A program made the position numbers and the translations under genes. The notes under the pieces are model-generated. The model saw nothing but the letters and a program-made list of their open reading frames with translations, had not been told where the DNA came from and did no database searches. Below are positions 47,493-54,517 of a stretch of 64,000 nucleotides of DNA, piece after piece (position 1 is the stretch's first letter; every line of letters starts with the position of its first letter). This DNA is from an uncultured Actinomycetota bacterium (lineage in GTDB: Bacteria; Actinomycetota; Acidimicrobiia; Spongiisociales; UBA5794), in contig CAVQRN010000002.1 of assembly GCA_963715255.1 (NCBI GenBank), positions 113,446-177,445 on the forward strand, written 5' to 3'.

Positions 47493-47564
47493 GATCAGTA
47501 GTCCAGTAGATCAGTAGATCAGTAGATCAGTAGATCAGTAGATCAGTAGATCAGTAGATCAGTC
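47493..47564. repeat. 8-nt tandem array, 9 units (7x GATCAGTA, GTCCAGTA, terminal GATCAGTC)
   Basis: Read directly. It gives 8 TAG triplets on the + strand at 8-nt spacing. The menE stop (tca 47559-47561) lies in the last unit. Confidence 0.95.
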
Positions 47565-48872
47565 GTCGGACGCGAGCCGGTCTGAAGACTCGGTTCTCGA
47601 TAGTTCGGTCGCCAGGGCTCGGGCTGCTTGGCGGTCGGGTTTGCCGTTGGGAAGGAGTGGGAGTCGGTCGACGAGGATCCACCGCTTCGGGGTTTCGTGA
47701 CGCGCGAGGCGGTCTCCGACTGCATCTTCAATCCGCGAAACGTCGACGCGGTCCGACTCAACAACGGCCACGACGACCTGTCCCCACTCCTCGTCGTCGA
47801 CGCCTACCACCACCGCGTGGGCGACCTCCGGTACTGTTACGATCGCGGCCTCGACGAACGACGCTCGCACGTTCTCGCCTCCGGTGACGATGACGTCGTC
47901 GGTGCGACCGGTGACGACCAGCCTCCCCTCACCATCCACGTGCCCAAGGTCGCCCGTGCGGAATGGACCGACGCGGGGCGTCTCACCGAGGTATCCCGGT
48001 GAGACAGCCGGGCCATCGATGAGGATCTCCCCATGGTCGAACGAAACGGCGAATCCGTCGAGGGGACGGCCAGCGGTCCCAAGCGACTGCTGCGTCGTCC
48101 CCGGTTCAACGGTGGCGATCTGCGAGCAGGTCTCGGTCATCCCGTACGTCTGGAGGACCGGTAGACCCGCCGCGAGGCCGCGCTCCACAAGGGCCCCACT
48201 CGCAGGCGCACCGCCCAGCAGAACACCTTTGATACCTTCGTAGTAGGGGCCCGGGTCGACCTCGAGAATCCTGTGGAGCATCGTTGGGACGAGGCTGGCT
48301 ATCGACACAGAGCCGCCACTCAGACTCGCGGCCACTCCGACCGCATCGAACCCTGGTTGGAGTTCGACGGACCCGCCGGCAGTGAAACTCCTCCAAACAA
48401 CCGAGAGACCTCCGACATGGAAGAGAGGGAGCGTCAGCAGCCACCGATCGCTGCTGTCGTTCCCAAGCCTGCGCCGGGAGGCTTCGACGGCGGCGGTCAC
48501 GTTCCCGGGGGTGAGGATGACACCTCTCGGACGTCCGGAGCTTCCGGACGTTGGAACAACGGCGTATGGGGACTCTCGGGGGGCACCATTCGCCTCGATG
48601 CGATGCGGTCCGTATGGCACCGGCACCGCTCCGAGTCGAGGGATCGCGACCAGTGCGATGACGGTCGCCGGATCCAAGGTCGCCTCCAGGGGGACCAGGT
48701 CGCCGGCTTCGATCCCTTCGTCGAGGAGAGACCGGGCGTACCCGTCGGCGCGGCGGTCGAGCTCCGCGTATGAGATCGAATCGTCGGCGAATACCACCGC
48801 CGGGGAATCGGGATTCACCCCCGCGTGGATCTTCACCCACTCGTGAGGCAGGGTGTCGGTCATGGCGATCAC
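47559..48872 (-). CDS. menE: O-succinylbenzoate-CoA ligase (AMP-binding enzyme)
   Basis: AMP-binding core VVPTSGSSGRPRGV, YGMTET, TGDLG...DGEGRL, short (about 435 aa) MenE-like architecture, adjacent to menB/A/D/F. Confidence 0.85.
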   Translation of the reverse strand: MIAMTDTLPHEWVKIHAGVNPDSPAVVFADDSISYAELDRRADGYARSLLDEGIEAGDLVPLEATLDPATVIALVAIPRLGAVPVPYGPHRIEANGAPRESPYAVVPTSGSSGRPRGVILTPGNVTAAVEASRRRLGNDSSDRWLLTLPLFHVGGLSVVWRSFTAGGSVELQPGFDAVGVAASLSGGSVSIASLVPTMLHRILEVDPGPYYEGIKGVLLGGAPASGALVERGLAAGLPVLQTYGMTETCSQIATVEPGTTQQSLGTAGRPLDGFAVSFDHGEILIDGPAVSPGYLGETPRVGPFRTGDLGHVDGEGRLVVTGRTDDVIVTGGENVRASFVEAAIVTVPEVAHAVVVGVDDEEWGQVVVAVVESDRVDVSRIEDAVGDRLARHETPKRWILVDRLPLLPNGKPDRQAARALATELSRTESSDRLASDD

Positions 48873-48886
48873 TACAGTATCGCCTC

Positions 48887-49777
48887 GTGACGTCTGAGAT
48901 ATTCGACCAAGCTTCGTGGGACCCCGCTACGGGGTTCGACTTCACCGACATCACCTATCATCGATCCTCCGAGATCGGTGCCGTCCGGATAGCTTTCGAC
49001 CGCCCCGAGGTTCGCAATGCGTTCCGCCCGCACACCGTCGACGAGTTGTACACGGCGCTCGATCATGCACGGATGACCTCCGATGTGGGAGTGGTGCTCC
49101 TGACCGGCAACGGTCCGTCGCCGAAGGATGGCGGTTGGGCGTTCTGCTCGGGTGGGGATCAGCGGATTCGTGGCGCCGACGGCTACCAGTACGAAGGTGA
49201 GGAAGGGGTCGACGCCGCAAGGCTCGGACGACTCCACATTCTCGAGGTGCAGCGTCTGATCCGCTTCATGCCGAAGATCGTGATTGCCGTCGTTCCCGGA
49301 TGGGCCGTCGGCGGCGGCCACAGTCTCCACGTCGTGTGCGACCTGACGCTCGCCTCACGAGAGCACGCCATCTTCAAACAGACCGACGCCGACGTCGCCT
49401 CCTTCGATGGCGGATACGGGTCGGCGCTGCTCGCTCGCCAGGTTGGCCAGAAACGCGCCAGAGAGGTGTTCTTCCTCGGACGCGAGTACTCGGCGCAGGA
49501 CGCGTACGAGATGGGGATGGTCAACGCCGTCGTGGATCACGCCGACCTCGAGGCCGTCGCACTCCAGTGGGCGCGCGAAATCGTCACCAAGAGTCCGACG
49601 GCCCAGCGGATGCTGAAGTACGCCTTCAATCTCCAGGACGATGGCATGGTCGGCCAGCAGCTCTTCGCCGGCGAGGCAACCCGTCTTGCGTACGGCACAG
49701 ACGAAGCGAAGGAAGGCCGCGACGCGTTCCTCGAGAAACGCGACCAGGACTACAGCAACTTCCCGTGGCACTTCTGA
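48887..49777 (+). CDS. menB: 1,4-dihydroxy-2-naphthoyl-CoA synthase
   Basis: Crotonase fold with IAFDRPEVRNAFRP, FCSGGDQ, GWAVGGGHSLHVVCDL and the C-terminal FLEKRDQDYSNFPW. GTG start at 48887. Confidence 0.9.
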   Translation: MTSEIFDQASWDPATGFDFTDITYHRSSEIGAVRIAFDRPEVRNAFRPHTVDELYTALDHARMTSDVGVVLLTGNGPSPKDGGWAFCSGGDQRIRGADGYQYEGEEGVDAARLGRLHILEVQRLIRFMPKIVIAVVPGWAVGGGHSLHVVCDLTLASREHAIFKQTDADVASFDGGYGSALLARQVGQKRAREVFFLGREYSAQDAYEMGMVNAVVDHADLEAVALQWAREIVTKSPTAQRMLKYAFNLQDDGMVGQQLFAGEATRLAYGTDEAKEGRDAFLEKRDQDYSNFPWHF

Positions 49778-49799
49778 AGCAGCCAATAGCGTTTCTCAG

Positions 49800-49834
49800 G
49801 CTGTCTGCTGTTCGCTTTTCGCTGTCCGCTCTCA
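49800..49834. repeat. Degenerate heptamer tandem repeat (GCTGTCT GCTGTTC GCTTTTC GCTGTCC GCTCTCA) in the menB-menA spacer
   Basis: Read directly: a pyrimidine-rich + strand tract with G at 7-nt phase. Confidence 0.5.
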
Positions 49835-49874
49835 TCGCGGGCAAGCACACCGAAGCGTCCCCGACGGCCCTGCT

Positions 49875-50747
49875 ATGAACCCATGGGTTCTTGCTTCTCG
49901 GCCCGCGACGCTGCCTGCGGCGACAGCGCCCGTCATCGTCGGGAGTTCGCTTGCCGGGGCAGCAGGGGTGTTCCGGTGGGATGCGCTGGTTGTGATCCTC
50001 TTCTCGGCACTCGCAATCCAGGTGGGAGTGAACTTCGCGAACGACCTCGCCGACGCCCAGAAGGGTGCCGACACCGAAACCCGGATCGGACCTCCTCGCG
50101 CCGTAGCAACGGGGTTGCTGAGTGCGGAGCACATGAAGCGCGGGATCGTGATCGCATTCGGACTTGCAGCGATCGCAGGGGTCTACCTGATCTGGCTCGC
50201 CGGTTGGGTGATTCTCGCCATCGGCGTCATCTCGATCATCGCGGCACTCGGCTACACGAACGGCCCGATTCCGTACGGCTACCACGGACTCGGTGAACTG
50301 TTCGTCTTCATCTTCTTCGGCCTCGTCGCCACCGTCGGCACACGCTACGTCTATGACCGGACCGCACCGGCGGACGCATGGGTGAGCGGGATCTCCATGG
50401 GCCTTCTCGCCGCAGCGATCCTCGTGGCAAACAACGTGAGAGACAGCGACACGGATCGGGTCGCAGGAAAGCGCACGCTCGCGGTGGTTCTCGGGCGGAA
50501 CCCGGCCCGGGTGGTCTACGCCACCATGGTTCTCGGATCCTTCGCCGTCGTAGCCGCCGCAGTGCCGGTCGGTACCCTCCCGACGTGGTCGCTGCTCACG
50601 CTCCTGGCGCTCCCTCTCACCGTGCCGCCGATCAGAACGATCTTTGTGGAAACAGCGGGGCCGCCGCTCATCGGAGTGCTCAAGGACACCGCGCGACTTC
50701 AACTCGTCTTCGCCGCCCTGCTCGCCGTTGGGGTCCTGATCGCGTAA
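49875..50747 (+). CDS. menA: 1,4-dihydroxy-2-naphthoate polyprenyltransferase
   Basis: UbiA-family membrane protein: WVLASRPATLPAA, NFANDLADAQKG, NNVRDSDTDRVAGKRTLAV. Start ATG 49875. Confidence 0.9.
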   Translation: MNPWVLASRPATLPAATAPVIVGSSLAGAAGVFRWDALVVILFSALAIQVGVNFANDLADAQKGADTETRIGPPRAVATGLLSAEHMKRGIVIAFGLAAIAGVYLIWLAGWVILAIGVISIIAALGYTNGPIPYGYHGLGELFVFIFFGLVATVGTRYVYDRTAPADAWVSGISMGLLAAAILVANNVRDSDTDRVAGKRTLAVVLGRNPARVVYATMVLGSFAVVAAAVPVGTLPTWSLLTLLALPLTVPPIRTIFVETAGPPLIGVLKDTARLQLVFAALLAVGVLIA

Positions 50748-50767
50748 TCGGCGGTAACCTCGCCAGT

Positions 50768-52435
50768 GTGGACCCAGCAGAAGCCCTCACAATGCGACTG
50801 GCAGGCGCGCTCGCCGACCTTGGGCTGCGCCACGCGGTCATCTCCCCCGGTTCACGGAGCACACCGCTCGCTCTGGCCTTCGCGGCCGAGCCAAGAATCC
50901 TCAGTCACGTGCTGTTCGACGAGCGATCGGCCGGGTTCTTCGCTCTCGGCATCGCCAAACAAGGAGGCATCCCAGCAGCACTCGTGTGCACATCCGGCAC
51001 GGCCACGACGAACTACCTCCCATCGGTGGTTGAGGCGAGCCATGCGCGAGTGCCGCTCCTTGTCCTGACGGCGGATCGTCCTCCCGAGCTCCGTGGTGCG
51101 GCCGCTCCCCAGACCATCGACCAGGTCGATCTCTATGGATCCGCCGTCCGCATGTTCCACGACGTCGGTGTCCCCTGCGAAGCCAACGCCGCGGGAGCAC
51201 CGTCGCTCGCCCTCCGTGCATGGTCGGCTGCCCTCGATGCGCCCCACGGTCCGGTCCACTTGAACTTCCCATTCCGTGAACCGCTCGCGACCCCGACCGA
51301 GGCGGCAAATCCAACGACACTCCGGCACCACCGCGGCGAGGTCCAGCTTCCGCCCGAGGATCTCGTCGATCTCGGCGAACGCCTCTCGGGTAGGCAAACG
51401 CTCATCGTCGCCGGCGGGCACCAGCGTCCCGGTTTTGCCGCTGCCTCGGCCATGTTCGCCGGCCAGGCGTCGATTCCCGTTGTGGCAGACATCCAGTGTC
51501 GCTTCCCGTCACCATCAACGATCGTCCACGGCGACCTCATTGCCACAACCGGATTCTTCCAAGAACACGAGCCGGAGGTCATCGTCCGGGTCGGACAGAT
51601 TCCAACCTCGCGACCGATCTGGTCCTGGCTCCAGGAAACCAGTGCCGAACAGGTAACCATCGATGACGCCGGGTGGCGTGATCCGCTCGGCACCGCAACG
51701 ACGGCGTACCGAGCCGATCCGGCAATCACGTTCGCCGACCTCGCCGGACGTGTGACGCCGACCCCGGCTTGGTGGCTTCCAACGTGGCAAGCGGCCGACC
51801 ACACCGTGGGCCTCGCCGTAGATCGGATCCTCGAAGCTGAGCCCTTCCCGAATGAACCGGCGATCGCCAGGGCCGTATGGGAGTCCTCCCCCGCCGGGGC
51901 CACCGTCTACGCAGCCTCTTCGATGCCGATCAGGGACCTCGATTCCTTCTCCGGTTCAACTCGCGGCGAGATCGCAGCGTTGTCGAATCGCGGAGCGAAC
52001 GGCATCGACGGTCTGCTCTCCGCCGCAGCTGGAGCTGCAGCATCCGATGGCCGACGCGTCGTCGTACTCGCCGGCGACCTCTCGGTTCTCCACGACGCCA
52101 CGGCACTCGGCGTGATCGCCCGCCTCAACCTTGACGTCACGATCGTGGCCATCAACAACGACGGCGGCGGCATCTTCCACTTCCTCCCCCAAGCCGACCG
52201 AATCGAGCCCGCTCGATTCGAGTTGCTCTTCGGCACGCCGCACGGGCACTCGCTCGCGGCAATCGCAGAAGCCTTCGGAGTGCCGGGTCGCGAGGTCGCC
52301 GATGGTCAGGACCTCCGAGCGGCGATCGCCGCAACGAAGGGTCCGTCGCTCATCGAGATACGCACGAACCGGACGAGGAACGTCGAGGTTCACGAGAGAC
52401 TCCGCGACGCCGCGAGGGAAGCGCTGGGGAAGTAG
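50768..52435 (+). CDS. menD: SEPHCHC synthase (2-succinyl-5-enolpyruvyl-6-hydroxy-3-cyclohexene-1-carboxylate synthase)
   Basis: TPP enzyme: VISPGSRSTPLALAF, CTSGTATTNYLPSVVEA, LLVLTADRPPELR, GANGIDG. Start GTG 50768 or ATG 50792. Confidence 0.9.
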   Translation: MDPAEALTMRLAGALADLGLRHAVISPGSRSTPLALAFAAEPRILSHVLFDERSAGFFALGIAKQGGIPAALVCTSGTATTNYLPSVVEASHARVPLLVLTADRPPELRGAAAPQTIDQVDLYGSAVRMFHDVGVPCEANAAGAPSLALRAWSAALDAPHGPVHLNFPFREPLATPTEAANPTTLRHHRGEVQLPPEDLVDLGERLSGRQTLIVAGGHQRPGFAAASAMFAGQASIPVVADIQCRFPSPSTIVHGDLIATTGFFQEHEPEVIVRVGQIPTSRPIWSWLQETSAEQVTIDDAGWRDPLGTATTAYRADPAITFADLAGRVTPTPAWWLPTWQAADHTVGLAVDRILEAEPFPNEPAIARAVWESSPAGATVYAASSMPIRDLDSFSGSTRGEIAALSNRGANGIDGLLSAAAGAAASDGRRVVVLAGDLSVLHDATALGVIARLNLDVTIVAINNDGGGIFHFLPQADRIEPARFELLFGTPHGHSLAAIAEAFGVPGREVADGQDLRAAIAATKGPSLIEIRTNRTRNVEVHERLRDAAREALGK

Positions 52436-52458
52436 CAAGTGGCAGGACGGACTACGGT

Positions 52459-53772
52459 CTACGTTGCTGCGAGCAGCTCCAACATCGGGCGGAGCTTCAA
52501 TCGGGTCTCGAGCAATTCTGAGTCGGGATTCGAATCTGCGACGATGCCCGCCCCTGCGAAGACGTGGGCACTCGTTCCATCAAGCAGCCCACAACGGAGT
52601 CCTATGGCGAACTCACCGTCACCGGCTCCGTCGACCCATCCAACCCCACCCGTATACCATCCGCGATCGAATGGCTCGACTCTTGCGATGAACGCTTGTG
52701 CCGCCTCTCTCGGGGTGCCGCCGACCGCCGGGGTCGGGTGGAGCGCATCGACGAGATCGAGTACGTGGACGTCGGGTCGGGTTGTGCCGGTAACGGTGGT
52801 CGAGAGATGCTGCACGGTGGCCATACGCCTCAACGACGGTCCAGCCGGCACGTCCAGGTCGTCGGTGAACGGCTTGATCCGTTCCGCGATGTCATCGACG
52901 ACGTACCGGTGTTCGATCCGGTCCTTCTTCGAACGCATCAATGCCTCGGCGAGCGTGCGATCCTCCGCCTCTCCCTCGCCTCGAGGTGCGGTGCCCGCGA
53001 GCGGGTTCGACGTCACGACTCCCCCCGAGGAGCGGACGAGCAGTTCAGGACTGGCCCCGACGAAGGTCGCACCGCTGACGCGCCAGCCGAAGCCGAAGCA
53101 CTGCCGATACGAGCGTTCGAGATGGCTTACAACGTCGAAACCGTCGGGAGCAGTGTCGGATCGAACGATGACCGACCGAGCCAGCACGACCTTGCGGATC
53201 GCCCCATCTTCGATCGCTGCGATGGCCTCGGCGACGGCGGTCGTCCACTCGGAAACGGGGGGACAGGACTCCAGCGTGTGATCTCCCAGATTGGGGTACG
53301 CCGCGTCCCGTGGAGTCTCGAATAGGCGGAGACGGTCGACGATCGATTCTGCGTCGACCTCCCGTGGGATCGCAAGCAGCAGACGTCGGTCACCGGCGTG
53401 GCTCAGCAGCGTCGCTATCGGGAGTACCGCATCGGCAGACCCGAACGATGTCCACGGTTCGGACGTGGGTCCGTCGGGCGAGAACGAGAAGCCCGTGAAG
53501 GCTCGAAACGGCTCGGGCAGCGACCATGCATCGACGGCGGATCGGAGACGTGTGAACCGCTCCGCGCCGGAAGCCGATGCCTTCGCAGCGATCCCCAGAC
53601 CTCCAAGTGCGCCGTTTTCAGGGGAGGAGAAGTAGAAGGTGCCCTCGAAGCGATCAGAACCGGCGCGAACGAACGACAACGGTTCGACGTCGAGAGGAAT
53701 CACGGCGAACCGCATGCCGTCTGCTCCGACGGTGAGCGCGGAACGAAGATCGAGGTGTCGGTCGGGGATCAT
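52459..53772 (-). CDS. menF: Isochorismate synthase
   Basis: Chorismate-binding C-terminal domain: ALHPTPAVGGTPREAA, EPFDRGWYTGGVGW, AIGLRCG, AGAGIVADS. Confidence 0.85.
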   Translation of the reverse strand: MIPDRHLDLRSALTVGADGMRFAVIPLDVEPLSFVRAGSDRFEGTFYFSSPENGALGGLGIAAKASASGAERFTRLRSAVDAWSLPEPFRAFTGFSFSPDGPTSEPWTSFGSADAVLPIATLLSHAGDRRLLLAIPREVDAESIVDRLRLFETPRDAAYPNLGDHTLESCPPVSEWTTAVAEAIAAIEDGAIRKVVLARSVIVRSDTAPDGFDVVSHLERSYRQCFGFGWRVSGATFVGASPELLVRSSGGVVTSNPLAGTAPRGEGEAEDRTLAEALMRSKKDRIEHRYVVDDIAERIKPFTDDLDVPAGPSLRRMATVQHLSTTVTGTTRPDVHVLDLVDALHPTPAVGGTPREAAQAFIARVEPFDRGWYTGGVGWVDGAGDGEFAIGLRCGLLDGTSAHVFAGAGIVADSNPDSELLETRLKLRPMLELLAAT

Positions 53773-53863
53773 CGAAACGTGATGCTACCGGGCGGCTGGG
53801 AGTGTGCGGAGAGCTGTCGGCGCTGGGGAGGCAGTGGCGCGACCGAAGACCACCCCCGAGCAA

Positions 53864-54472
53864 TCACTCTTCCCCGTCGTCATACCGCCAGGCCACCCGG
53901 CTCTCGACGTGGGACACCCCGTCGAGGCGTGACGCAAGCTCGGAGAGCAGTCGAGCCTCGTTCCTGGTGCCGACCTCGCCGACGAAGGTGACGACGCCGT
54001 TCGCAACACTCACGTTGAGTTGATCCGGGTCGATGAACAGCACGCGACGGATCAAATCCTCCCGAATCTCATCCTCAATCACATCGTCCGGTCTGGTGAA
54101 CACGGAGACAATGTCGGCACGCGAGATGATGCCGAGCAGTCGCGAATCATCATCGACAACGGGGAGTCTCTTGATGTCCTGGAACGTCATCATCTTCGCT
54201 GCATCGTAGATTTCGGTGTCCGGACCGGTCGTGACCACCCCCGATGACATGACATCGCCGACCGTCTCCCCGGGTTCGATCGCCCCTTCCTGACGCTCAA
54301 CCTCGAGGCGAAGGAAATCGGCCTCAGTGATGATCCCGATCAGCGTCCCATCGCCGGACGTTACCGGAAGCCCGCTGACCCGGTTCCTGAACATGAGCCG
54401 AGCCGCATCGCGGATCCCGGTCTCGCGCGAAACCGTGATCACTTCGGTCGTCATGAGGTCTACGACCTGCAC
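53864..54472 (-). CDS. CBS-pair plus BON domain protein
   Basis: Two CBS motifs (VVDLMTTEVITV...GLPV; VGDVMSSGVVT...RLPVVDD) and a C-terminal BON-like VSVANGVVTFVGEVGTRNEARL...VSHVESRV. Confidence 0.8.
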   Translation of the reverse strand: MQVVDLMTTEVITVSRETGIRDAARLMFRNRVSGLPVTSGDGTLIGIITEADFLRLEVERQEGAIEPGETVGDVMSSGVVTTGPDTEIYDAAKMMTFQDIKRLPVVDDDSRLLGIISRADIVSVFTRPDDVIEDEIREDLIRRVLFIDPDQLNVSVANGVVTFVGEVGTRNEARLLSELASRLDGVSHVESRVAWRYDDGEE

Positions 54473-54517
54473 TCTTCGTCCCTCTCGTCGGCGTTCGGCG
54501 CCATTGTTGCAGTTTCG

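Noticed and set aside
26768-47564. Whether the short tandem arrays could be CRISPR arrays or phase-variation tracts inside promoters
   Set aside because: The units are 7-8 nt with no spacers, so they are not CRISPR. All sit at 3' ends of convergent genes rather than in 5' regions, so classical promoter or N-terminal phase variation does not fit.
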